IMG/VR virus record: IMGVR_UViG_3300029984_000001
Coordinates: 1 to 64,000 of that record
Direction: 5' to 3' (one strand)
DNA length: 64,000 bases
Shown here: positions 30,509-40,698 of the stretch, in pieces
Layout of the letters: each line of letters starts with the position of its first letter
Numbering within the stretch: the stretch's first letter is position 1
Position numbers and translations under genes: made by a program
The notes under the pieces: model-generated
The model's input: the letters and a program-made list of their open reading frames with translations, nothing else
The model's database searches: none
What the model was told of the DNA's origin: nothing

Positions 30509-31018
30509 GATCAATACGGTGGAGTAAGTATTCCTGATCTAGATAATACGTTAGGATTCTTTGTAAATCTAACAAAAGCAGAAATTCTAGAAGAAATGAA
30601 TGAAGATGAAACAGAAGTAACAAAAGACAAATTAGATAGAAAAGTAAGAAAGAAAACTAGACAAGCTATGCAAGGTATTTGTTATAATCTTAATACAATG
30701 CATTCAAGAGCTGGTTCACAAGTTCCTTTCTCTTCAGTTAATTTAGGATTACCTTTAGATGATGACGCTGCATTAGTGTGTGAGTTATTTTTAGAAGAAT
30801 TTGATAAAGGAATGGGAAAAGGAAGTCCTCTAATTTTTCCTAATGTTGTCTTTACTGTTAAAGATGGTGTAAATAGGAAAGAAGGAGACCCTTATTATTA
30901 TCTATATAAATTAGCATGTAAAGTTGCATCTAAGAAGATGAATCCAACTTTCTTAAATATAGATGCTGATTTTAATTTAGAATATTATAATAAAGGTATT
31001 GTTGCACAAACTATGGGT
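30509..31018 (+). CDS. nrdD: NrdD exon 2
   Basis: DQYGG..NLNTMHSRAGSQVPFSS..IFPN..AQTMG. Confidence 0.92.
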
Positions 31019-31464
31019 TAGGTTACGAGCAGCCCATATAAAACCTCATGAACCTAGAAATCTAGGGTGTATATACGAGTCTAGAAGTATATGCTAACGG
31101 TAGAAGTTGAATAAGATTGGTTATAGAAAAGTGATTATAACCCTACTAGAAATAGTAGTCCATAAACGAAGTAGCTTCGTAAGAGAGCCTAAGGTCCTTT
31201 TTTAATAAGGATAGCTAGGGAATACCGTGTCTGTTAATATAATTTTTATTATAAAAATGAGATGTAACGACTAGTTGAAATCTATATATCAGAGAGAAAT
31301 ACTTTGATTGAAAATAAGGTATAATTAACATTATACACGAAGAAAGTAGACGTAGCAAGAAACTCGGTGAAAGTCCGTAATGCGAAGTATGAGGCTTATT
31401 ATATATGGTAACAGTATATAATAATGAAGAGATAGTCTGTTTAATATTAAAATATTATTAAGCG
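31019..31464 (+). mobile_element. Group I intron 2 in nrdD (446 nt, no ORF)
   Basis: Splicing joins TMG to CRTQVLS; perfect P1 AUGGGU/GCCCAU (G31032); P7 AACGACUA/UAGUCU; terminal G31464. Confidence 0.93.
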
Positions 31465-32433
31465 TGTCGTACTCAAGTATTGTCGAATATAAACGGGTCT
31501 GCTGGACCTACAGGTAGGGGGAATATTGGAAATACAACGATGAATCTACCAAGATTAGGAATCTTATCTAATAATGATATAGATAAATTCTTTGAATTAT
31601 TAACAAATTTATTAGAAGAATGTAAGAATTCCTTACTATATAGAAAAGATGTATTATCAAATCTAAAAGTAAAAGATCTACCATTTATAGCAGGGCAAGA
31701 ATTATTCTTAGGATCTGAAGGATTAAAAGAAACAGATTCTATATTACCTATATTAGAACAAGGAACTTATGGTATGGGATTTGTAGGGTTAGCAGAAACT
31801 CTAGTAGCTTTATTAGGAGTGCATCATGGACAAACATTAGAAGCTAGAGAATTAGGTGAAAAAATAAATGGTTTTATAAGAGAGAAAGCAGATTATTATA
31901 CTACTAAATACTCCTTAAATTTCAGTGCATATGCTTCTCCAGCTGAGGAAGTATCTGGGAAACTTTGTAAAAGTGATATAAAGAAATTTGGTATTATAGA
32001 GGGTGTAAATGATAAAGAATTCTATACAAATGGATTTCATATACCTGTAGATTTCCCTATATCAATTATGAATAAAATACAAATAGAAGCACCTTATCAT
32101 AAAATGTGTAATGGTGGTCATATATCATATATAGAGGTAGATGATTATCCAACTCCAAAATTAGTTGAAAAGGTTGTAACAAAATCATTCACTGAAACTA
32201 ATATAGCTTATATAGGAATCAACTTTCATATAAGATATTGTAAAGAATGTGGAACTCTTTTACATGGAGAATCAAAATGTGATTGTGGGTCTACTAGTAT
32301 TCAAGGTATTTCTAGACTTACAGGATATTTAGGTCTTGATGAAAGATTTGGAGAGACAAAATCAAAAGAAAGATCTTTAAGAATTAATCATAATTCAGAT
32401 CATGCAAAAGTATATAATAATGTAAAGAAATAA
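31465..32433 (+). CDS. nrdD: NrdD exon 3 (spliced product about 703 aa)
   Basis: CRT thiyl Cys, GRGN, GFVGLAE, YTNGFH, GGHISY, CKEC..CDC zinc site, SRLTGYLG glycyl-radical loop. Confidence 0.93.
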   Translation, partial: CRTQVLSNINGSAGPTGRGNIGNTTMNLPRLGILSNNDIDKFFELLTNLLEECKNSLLYRKDVLSNLKVKDLPFIAGQELFLGSEGLKETDSILPILEQGTYGMGFVGLAETLVALLGVHHGQTLEARELGEKINGFIREKADYYTTKYSLNFSAYASPAEEVSGKLCKSDIKKFGIIEGVNDKEFYTNGFHIPVDFPISIMNKIQIEAPYHKMCNGGHISYIEVDDYPTPKLVEKVVTKSFTETNIAYIGINFHIRYCKECGTLLHGESKCDCGSTSIQGISRLTGYLGLDERFGETKSKERSLRINHNSDHAKVYNNVKK

Positions 32434-32487
32434 TCTAATAGAAACAGGAGAAATCCTGTTTCCTTTTTTGTAAATAAAAAATATTAT

Positions 32488-32500
32488 AGTTATATATTAT
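32488..32500 (+). promoter_or_regulatory. Early-type promoter motif
   Basis: AGTTATATATTAT downstream of the nrdD terminator. Confidence 0.6.
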
Positions 32501-32532
32501 ATCTATGAAGAAAGGGGATTAAAAGAAATAAA

Positions 32533-32835
32533 ATGATAGAAGAAATTATAAACGGAGATTCAGACCCCAGAGATTTATCATTAAATAATTTAAAGGAGGA
32601 TTTAGTATTAGAAATAAATTATGAATTTTATAGTGAAAAATTAAATAAACTTAAACTTATAATTGGATATGAAAAATTATTTATTAATAAAAATCTATCT
32701 AATACTAATAACGATTTGTTATCTATTAGAAGAAAACAAAATATGATAAACGGGTTGAATTTTGTTATAGACAAAATCGACAGTAGATTACGACGTCTTA
32801 AATACATACAATACGAATATGTAGAAGAAAATTAA
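32533..32835 (+). CDS. Hypothetical protein, paralog of 32917
   Basis: 100 aa; D..DLS and RKQ..LN..I.KID..L..L.YI shared. Confidence 0.65.
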   Translation: MIEEIINGDSDPRDLSLNNLKEDLVLEINYEFYSEKLNKLKLIIGYEKLFINKNLSNTNNDLLSIRRKQNMINGLNFVIDKIDSRLRRLKYIQYEYVEEN

Positions 32836-32916
32836 AATAAAAGGGCAATTATTGCCCTTTTATTTTTAATGAGATAAACAAAGGAGGGTAATAAAATTAT
32901 AAAAGAGGTGTGAAGA

Positions 32917-33219
32917 ATGCTTGAAAAATTATTAAAAAACAAAATTGATATTCATGATTTATCAGATAAGCAAATGAAAATACTTGTAGAGGATATATGT
33001 AAAGTAGATTGCATATTAACTCTAATACATATCAAATGTATATTTACTTTTGAGAAAAATAATATTAAGAAAAGGTTAGATTATTTATCTAATTATATTG
33101 GATATGATGGTTTTTTAGAAGAGAAGAGAAAACAAAAAAGATTTATATTATTAAATCAAATCATACATAAAATTGATTTAAGTTTAGATAACTTAGAATA
33201 CATAGAAGAATTAAATTAA
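32917..33219 (+). CDS. Hypothetical protein, paralog of 32533
   Basis: 100 aa; GAGGTG RBS. Confidence 0.65.
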   Translation: MLEKLLKNKIDIHDLSDKQMKILVEDICKVDCILTLIHIKCIFTFEKNNIKKRLDYLSNYIGYDGFLEEKRKQKRFILLNQIIHKIDLSLDNLEYIEELN

Positions 33220-33222
33220 AAA

Positions 33223-34518
33223 ATGAGGGAGAGATTTATTATGTGTAAACAAAAAGACTTAGTACAACAATCAATTGAGGATAAAACATATTCAAATTTT
33301 CATGAGGCTATTAGAAAAATATTTACAAAAGAATACTTCTATAAAGATTATGTTGATAATTTTACTGAACATGAAAAAACTTTTTTAATTAATCTTAAAG
33401 ATTTAAGAGTAAGACTTAGAGAATTCAATTATCCAGTACATAATATAAGTAGGCTTGGTGAATATAATGATTATAAAGATATTTTTGTAGTATATCATGA
33501 AGCTGATATAGATGGTCATAGTGTAAAAATAATCAACGGTCTATTAAATAATGGTGATATGTCTAATACTTTTGGTTGTGATGTAAGAGCTGATGAAGCT
33601 TTTGATATTATAAAAGAAAAATTAGATGAAGGTATGTTTGTAATAGTTGCAGATTTAAACTTTACAGAAGAATATGCTGAAAGAGTAGAAAATGAATTAG
33701 ATACTTCAAGATTTATATTATTAGATCATCATGGACATGCTATGTATTTAAATCAATATGATTGGGCTTTTGTGTTATCTCATGATGAAGAAAGTTTATA
33801 TTTATCTTCTGGTACTTTATTGTATTCTATGTTTTGTGTTGCTAACTTTAATTGCAATTTAATATTAGATACAATAATAGATTTAGCAATGAATACTGCT
33901 TTGTATGATACTTGGTTCTGGTCTTCTAATTTTGATTATACTAGAGAATTATCTGAAAAGTATTTTGGTAATAGACCAGAAGATATATGTATGTTATTTA
34001 AATCTATGAGTAAAGATAAATATGCTCAACATGTTTTAAATAATATTAATAATTTTCATGATATATTTGATAATGATGATAAATTAAAAATAAAATTTAT
34101 GAGAGATATGACTAGAAAAACTATTTATAGATATTACCATAATATGAGAATAGTAAACATTGATGATAAAAAGATTGGAATAGTATTTGGAGATAATGAA
34201 GTTTCTGCTGTTGGTAATTTTATTTTAAGAGCTAATAGAGAATTATCTTATTTTGCTATGGTAAATTTAAATAGTAATCAAATATATCTTAGATGTAGAA
34301 ATGATTATGATGTAAAAGAAATTGCTATTAGGAATGGTGGAGGAGGTCATACTCAAGCTGCTGGATTCCCTATGATTGATATATTATTTAATGATAAATT
34401 CTTAATAGATTTATTATCAAAAACACATCAAGTAGAAGAAGATTGTTTAGCATCTATTAAAATGATAAAAGATTGTGCAGAATTTGATGAAGATACTAAA
34501 GTATATAGATTAAGATAA
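33223..34518 (+). CDS. DHH/DHHA1 phosphoesterase (nanoRNase/NrnB-like)
   Basis: YHEADIDG, ADLNF, LDHH, GGGHTQAAG. Confidence 0.88.
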   Translation: MRERFIMCKQKDLVQQSIEDKTYSNFHEAIRKIFTKEYFYKDYVDNFTEHEKTFLINLKDLRVRLREFNYPVHNISRLGEYNDYKDIFVVYHEADIDGHSVKIINGLLNNGDMSNTFGCDVRADEAFDIIKEKLDEGMFVIVADLNFTEEYAERVENELDTSRFILLDHHGHAMYLNQYDWAFVLSHDEESLYLSSGTLLYSMFCVANFNCNLILDTIIDLAMNTALYDTWFWSSNFDYTRELSEKYFGNRPEDICMLFKSMSKDKYAQHVLNNINNFHDIFDNDDKLKIKFMRDMTRKTIYRYYHNMRIVNIDDKKIGIVFGDNEVSAVGNFILRANRELSYFAMVNLNSNQIYLRCRNDYDVKEIAIRNGGGGHTQAAGFPMIDILFNDKFLIDLLSKTHQVEEDCLASIKMIKDCAEFDEDTKVYRLR

Positions 34519-34593
34519 TTAGTTATTTATTCTAGGAGGATTTCTATCTTCCTAGATTTTATATGAATAAATTTTTAAGAAGAGGTGTATTAA

Positions 34594-35692
34594 ATGAAAA
34601 AATTATTAAAAAATATTAACAAACAAGAAATTAAAAAGAAAGCTATTATGGGTGCAAAAGCAATGATTGTTAGAACAGTAGTAAGAGCTGTTACTAATAA
34701 ACAAAATAGAAAGAGATTATATGAACTATGTATTAGATAATACAGCCGAAGGTCTATATATAAATCAATATAATCATAGAGAAGATTATAATAATATCAT
34801 TGTATGGTTATATAGTTTAAATAATAAAAATCTAAATAATAATATAAATACAACTGTAACTTCATATGGAAATAATAGTACTATTAAAGATGGTACTTAT
34901 AAAATAATACATAATAAATGTTTGATAATAGTAGAGGCAGGTCATCTTGGTCTTGATCAAGAGACTTCTATATATAAAGAAATTAAAATAAATATATTAG
35001 GTTCTAATAATAAAACCATTATAAAAGATGCTTATAAAACTATTAAAATAGATAGTGAATCTTGTATCCAATTAGAAAGAAGAAATGGACAACCTGTATC
35101 CATTGCTAAAAGAAAATTAGATACTATATTTAGTGATCAATTTGATGAAATAAATAATCTAATAATAAAATGGAAGGATCAACAAGATGTATTTAGAGAA
35201 CATGGTATGGCATTTAAAACAGGTATATTGTTACATGGGGTTCCAGGAACAGGAAAGACTTCTATAGTTAGAGCTATAGCTACAGAATTTAATATGAATA
35301 TAATGTATGTTAATGTAGCTACAATAAAAGCTCAAGATATAGACTATATCAATATTAGAAATAACAGTATTTTACTATTAGAAGAAATAGATTTAATGAA
35401 AGATGACGAAGATTATAAAAAGAAAGTAAGTTCTTTATTATCTTTATTAGATGGAATTACAAGTCCTAATAATTGTATCATAATAGCAACAAGTAATTAC
35501 ATAGATGCAATTGATGAAAGACTAGTGAGAAAAGGTAGATTTGATAATATAATAGAGGTTACTAATATTTGTAGACATACCGCTATTAGAATGTGTGAAA
35601 GTTTCAATATAGATCCTGTACTTGTATTAGAAGAGGGTAAAAAATCTTTTAATCCTAGTGAATTACAAGATAAAATATTAAAAATAATATAA
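34594..35692 (+). pseudogene. BCS1-like AAA+ ATPase copy 1; probable +1 frameshift near 34721 (ORF 34721-35692 retains the whole AAA domain)
   Basis: GILLHGVPGTGKTS, LLEEID, LLDG, ATSN..D..L.RKGRFD; strong AAGAGGTG RBS lies before ATG 34594 (48-codon ORF), weak before 34721. Confidence 0.7.
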
Positions 35693-35710
35693 TCATAATG
35701 GGGTGTTAAA

Positions 35711-37064
35711 ATGAATAAAACTGTAATAAAAGAATTTTTAATTAAAGAAGCGAAGAAAGAAATCAAAAAACAATTAGTGAATACTATATTTAGTAATAAT
35801 AATAAAAAGAAAGTAAAAGATTTAATATTCTCGAAAATATCATCATCTTATAAAGTATCTACAGTTAAAAATACTATATCATTAGAATATAAATTCTTAA
35901 TACACTGGATTAGAGATATAAAAAATAAAGAACTTTATAAAAATTTAAAACAATTCGAAAATAATGATGTCATGTTATTAGAAAATGGGGAATATAAAAT
36001 ATTATATGAAAATAATTTAATATTAATAAAATCATATACAGATGATATGTACATATAATATAATAATAGATGTTATTGGTAAAACAGGTAAAGAAATTGT
36101 TGAAGACATCATAGAATACATAGTTTCTAGTATTAAGAATGTTAGAAACACTAAAAAAGATCCAGACAGTATATACATAGATTATAAAAGATTTCCTACA
36201 GACGATTATTATATTTCAATATTAGGAAGAAAATTAGAAACTATATATTCTGAACAAATTGATGATATAATAAATATTATATGCAATTGGTCTAATGATA
36301 GTGATATATATCATAAACATGGACTAGCATTTAAAACTGGTATTATATTACATGGTGTTCCAGGAACAGGAAAAACCTCGATAGTTAAAGCCTTATCAAC
36401 ATATTTCGCCATGAATATGATTACATTAAATATAGCTTCTATATCTGCTAAAGATTTAATAAAATTTTCTCAACAAATAAGAACAGATGAAAATAAGATA
36501 GTATTATTAGAAGAAATAGATTTAAGAGATTCTGATGAAAAAGATAAAAAAATGCAAGAACTACTAACTCTATTAGATGGGGTTGATGGAGTAAATAATA
36601 TAATATTTATAGCTACTACTAATGATATTGATGGGGTTGATGTACGATTAAAAAGACCAGGAAGGTTTGATAATATAATCGAGATTACAAATATAAATAT
36701 AGATTTAGCTACTAAAATGTGTGAAAGTTTTAAAGTTGATTCTAATATAGTATTAGAAAATTATAATATTAAATTTCCTAATTCAGAAAAATACAATCCA
36801 GCTACATTGCAAGCAGAAATATTAAATGAATATCATAAACAAAAATCAAATATAAATAATATTGTAAATATAGACAATATTAACCTTAAAAATAAATCTA
36901 ATAATAAAACTTCATGTAAAGCTGAATATACACCATCATCTTATATAGGGGAGGTAAATTCGTTTAATATAAATAAGGGAGTAGATAATAAGTGGAATTC
37001 AAACGGACACCGTATTTATGGTTCTGAACCAATATATGATGAAAAGATAATAGCAACTAATTAA
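35711..37064 (+). pseudogene. BCS1-like AAA+ ATPase copy 2, split by a frameshift at about 36050-36060
   Basis: ORF 35711-36058 aligns with the N-domains of copies 1 and 3 (W..GEYKILYENNLILI); ORF 36042-37064 has no RBS but carries GVPGTGKTS/LEEID/RPGRFD. Confidence 0.8.
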
Positions 37065-37091
37065 TTTTAATTTATAGGAGTGTGTATTAAA

Positions 37092-38252
37092 ATGAATAAT
37101 AAAATATTAAATGTTTTGGTAAAAGAATCTAAACAAATGGCTATCCGTATAATAAGAGATAAAACATCAAAATTAATATCAGATAATAAATACAGAAATT
37201 GTGTGAAAAATGATATACTTTCTAAATTTAGTAGAAATTTAAAATTGATGGGTCATGAAGACAAATTTAAAATTAAATATGTTAGGATTATAAGATGGTT
37301 AATAAAAACTTTTAATATAGAGGATGTGTATATGCTGGATAGATTCAAATCCATTCCATACAAATGTTACACTTTCAAATATAATGGCTCTGTGTTGTAT
37401 ATAGATCATAGCAAAGAAGGGGATAATATATTATTAGATATAAAAATAATAACTATCAAAAAAGAAATAGGTGATAATATATATAAAGAATTAGTAGATA
37501 TATCAGCAGGGTCTCTAGAATGTATTTCGGATTCATCAAATAATTTTATAGCTATGTATAAATGTGATGGTGAAGATATATGTGATAGAATGTTGGTACC
37601 AAAAAGATCATTGGATACTATATTCTCTAATGAATTACCATTAATAATTTCCGATTTAGAAAACTTTATGAGTAAAAAATCTATATTCAAAAAACATCAA
37701 CTTCCATTTAAAACTGGTATATTTTTATATGGGGAACCAGGAACAGGTAAGTCTTCTATCGTAAAAGCCATTGCATCTAATTTTAATATGGATATATTTT
37801 ATATCAATTTAACTGAATTGAATTATGGTCAATTAAAGAATACTGTTAATGATATTAACGGTAGAACTCGCAGAATAAGAACTTCAATAATATTATTAGA
37901 AGAAATTGATCTATCAGAAAATGAAGATAACTCATTCAATGAAAAGAATAAAAAATTAAGTTTATTATTGAATTGGTTAGACGGACAAGAATCACCATCA
38001 GATATAATATTTATAGCTACTACCAATTATATAGATAAAGTTGATGAAAGAATAAAAAGATCTGGTAGATTTGATTATAAATATGAAATAAGTCAATTAG
38101 ACGAAGATCAAGCTTCTAAGATGTGTATGAGTTTTGACATAAATCCTAAAGAGATATTAGAATTAGATGAGTTTAAAGATTGTGTTACATATAGTCCCGC
38201 AAAAGTTCAAGAATATATTTTAAAGAAAATAGTGGTGGGTATAAATGAGTAG
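37092..38252 (+). CDS. BCS1-like AAA+ ATPase copy 3 (intact, 386 aa)
   Basis: GIFLYGEPGTGKSS, LLEEID, WLDG, ATTNY.DKVDERIKRSGRFD; AGGAG RBS. Confidence 0.9.
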   Translation: MNNKILNVLVKESKQMAIRIIRDKTSKLISDNKYRNCVKNDILSKFSRNLKLMGHEDKFKIKYVRIIRWLIKTFNIEDVYMLDRFKSIPYKCYTFKYNGSVLYIDHSKEGDNILLDIKIITIKKEIGDNIYKELVDISAGSLECISDSSNNFIAMYKCDGEDICDRMLVPKRSLDTIFSNELPLIISDLENFMSKKSIFKKHQLPFKTGIFLYGEPGTGKSSIVKAIASNFNMDIFYINLTELNYGQLKNTVNDINGRTRRIRTSIILLEEIDLSENEDNSFNEKNKKLSLLLNWLDGQESPSDIIFIATTNYIDKVDERIKRSGRFDYKYEISQLDEDQASKMCMSFDINPKEILELDEFKDCVTYSPAKVQEYILKKIVVGINE

Positions 38253-38565
38253 ATTTGAATCACAAGGAATACATACTAGATTATATTACATAATAGAAAG
38301 AAGTGGAGATGTAGATTATAAACTTAGAATAGAATATCTTATGAAAGAATATAATCTAACTCAAGAACAATCGGAGTTTGTTTCTCCAATAAAATATAAC
38401 TTTGAGAAACTTATCAAATCAAATTCAATAGAAGAAATAATGAATCTTTTAGAAAATGAAATAATAGATGAACTCAAAGCAAAAGAAGCATCTCGTATTA
38501 GGGTGCATAATCTTATGTATAATTTAAGAACTATGAATAGAAATAGTAGATTAGGGATGTTTTAA
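38245..38565 (+). CDS. Hypothetical protein
   Basis: Overlaps the AAA3 stop. Confidence 0.6.
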   Translation: MSRFESQGIHTRLYYIIERSGDVDYKLRIEYLMKEYNLTQEQSEFVSPIKYNFEKLIKSNSIEEIMNLLENEIIDELKAKEASRIRVHNLMYNLRTMNRNSRLGMF

Positions 38566-38623
38566 TTAGAGAGGGACTTAGTTCCCTCTTTTTATTTTAT
38601 ATTTTTAATAAGGGGAGATTAAA

Positions 38624-38887
38624 ATGAATATATTAAAATATAAAAGATTATTAAATCTTAGGAAAAGTGAAGAAACAATGTTATTTTACATGATATTAAC
38701 ACGTGGAGATAAAAGTGTAAGAGAAATAATAAAAATATCTGGAATTAATTATAAAAGAGCATGGTATATATTAGAAAAATGGATTGGTAGAGGGATATAT
38801 AATTGTGGTGTATCCTTGGATATGGGATGGTTAGAATTAGAAAAATTGCCTGCTGATTTTAATATAATAAAGGAGAAAATGATATGA
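38624..38887 (+). CDS. Small putative winged-helix DNA-binding protein
   Basis: SVREIIKISGINYKRAWYILEKWIGRGIY pattern. Confidence 0.45.
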   Translation: MNILKYKRLLNLRKSEETMLFYMILTRGDKSVREIIKISGINYKRAWYILEKWIGRGIYNCGVSLDMGWLELEKLPADFNIIKEKMI

Positions 38888-39753
38888 AATTTAATTTAAA
38901 TTTTGATAATATAATAAAGATTGAAAACTTAAGAGGAGAATTTGAAATTAAACATACTAAATATTTAAGGGATGACAGAAAATTTGAGTATAATGAAGAC
39001 AATGGTGAAGAATCAATATTATTAAATTATGAGGAATATAAAGAAATAACAAAAGATAATAATAAGATTAAAAATATTAAGAAATATAAGACAATAATAG
39101 ATAAATTTGAATTAATTGGCTTTAATAATAATTATATAATAAATATACCAGTTACAAAAGATAAAGAATTATTAATCATTACCATATGGAAATATCCTTT
39201 AAAAAATAATAAAGATGAAATATTTTGTGATAGTCTTATAGTTAAATATTATAATTATAATGGAAAATTTATAATATATATTAAGGATAAATATTTTATG
39301 GATGATAAATCTGAATTTATTATAAAAGATTCTTTAGGGAGAATATATGAATTAAAAATATCTAAAGAAATGGAATATAATAAGAACTCTATATGTAAAA
39401 CAGTAAATGATAATTATGATCCTATATATCTAATATCATCTAACGGTGAACTAGAAGTAGTATCAGTTGATGTATTACATAAAGAAAATAATTTTGTTGA
39501 ATTATATATGATAAATCCAGATCTACCAATGTTTTTATCCCTTATATATACAAATAATGATAAATTATTCTCTAGTTTAATATCATTGAAAATTAAAGAT
39601 ATAACCATAAATTTACCAGATGAATATGAATTAGAAAATGGAGTTAAATATTATTATATAGAATCAGATATCATGTTTGATGATATCTATGTAAATAATT
39701 TACTGAATGAAGAGTTTGTAATATTTAATAAAAATAAACCTAGATTAATATAA
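38884..39753 (+). CDS. Hypothetical protein
   Basis: 289-aa ORF with AAGGAG RBS. Confidence 0.65.
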   Translation: MKFNLNFDNIIKIENLRGEFEIKHTKYLRDDRKFEYNEDNGEESILLNYEEYKEITKDNNKIKNIKKYKTIIDKFELIGFNNNYIINIPVTKDKELLIITIWKYPLKNNKDEIFCDSLIVKYYNYNGKFIIYIKDKYFMDDKSEFIIKDSLGRIYELKISKEMEYNKNSICKTVNDNYDPIYLISSNGELEVVSVDVLHKENNFVELYMINPDLPMFLSLIYTNNDKLFSSLISLKIKDITINLPDEYELENGVKYYYIESDIMFDDIYVNNLLNEEFVIFNKNKPRLI

Positions 39754-39777
39754 CAAAATTAAAAGGAGAATGATAAT

Positions 39778-40587
39778 ATGAAAAACTTTATGAAAAGAGA
39801 TAAAGAAATAAATATTGAAATATCAAATCAATTAGAAAGCAATTCTAACCAATATTTTAACACTCAACCAGTTCAATTTCCAATAACAAATAATCCTTAT
39901 GAATTATGTATGAGTAATATTATATCAACTGAAGATGATATATTAACTGATGTATCTACCAGAAATAGAATGTTAAATAATGATTTTGTAATGACAAAAG
40001 TTAAAAATATTATGACGCTATCACATTTAAATTATTGTAATGTAAAAATGGTTGCAGAATACTTTGAAGTCCCAGAGGATACTATAAATACTGTTATAAA
40101 AAGAAATAGAGATGAACTTCTACAAAATGGAATGAAAATATTATCTGGTTCTGATATTAAAAATATGATTAATTCTGTGTATGAAGATATGGAACCTTTA
40201 GTAGAGTTCGAAATGAACTCTACTAAAATAATTAATATGAAAGGATATTTCATATACAATAATCAAAGATTTGCAAATAATAGCAACATACTTTTAAACA
40301 AAAGATCTATATTAAATATAGCGATGTTGTTAAGAGACTCTATAATAGCTCAACGAATTAGAAAAGAATTATTAGATATAGAAGAAAATCAAAATGATAG
40401 AAGAATAGAACAGGAACAACATGATTATAATAATTATAACAATAAGAGATTATATGATGAGCTTATAGAAAATAGAAAACAAATAAAAGAAATTAGCCTA
40501 GCTCAATCTTATTTAGATTATTTATTTTCTATAAATAAATTAGATATTTCAGATTATGAAAAATATAAAAATAATTATAACAAATAA
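39778..40587 (+). CDS. Phage antirepressor-like DNA-binding protein
   Basis: VAEYFEV..TINTVIKRNRDEL and RSILNIAMLLRDS..AQRIR..LLDIE resemble a widespread Firmicute phage DNA-binding family. Confidence 0.55.
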   Translation: MKNFMKRDKEINIEISNQLESNSNQYFNTQPVQFPITNNPYELCMSNIISTEDDILTDVSTRNRMLNNDFVMTKVKNIMTLSHLNYCNVKMVAEYFEVPEDTINTVIKRNRDELLQNGMKILSGSDIKNMINSVYEDMEPLVEFEMNSTKIINMKGYFIYNNQRFANNSNILLNKRSILNIAMLLRDSIIAQRIRKELLDIEENQNDRRIEQEQHDYNNYNNKRLYDELIENRKQIKEISLAQSYLDYLFSINKLDISDYEKYKNNYNK

Positions 40588-40640
40588 TCAAAGAGAGGGG
40601 ATAATTCTCCTCTTTCTTTTTTGTAAAAATACTTTATTAT

Positions 40641-40653
40641 AATTGTATATTAT
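40641..40653 (+). promoter_or_regulatory. Early-type promoter motif
   Basis: AATTGTATATTAT. Confidence 0.6.
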
Positions 40654-40698
40654 ATTTATGAATAAACAATATAAATTATTTTAAAGGAGCGTATTAAT

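Noticed and set aside
29380-32433. No nrdG activase next to nrdD
   Set aside because: It may lie outside the window or be host-supplied; absence cannot be judged from 64 kb.
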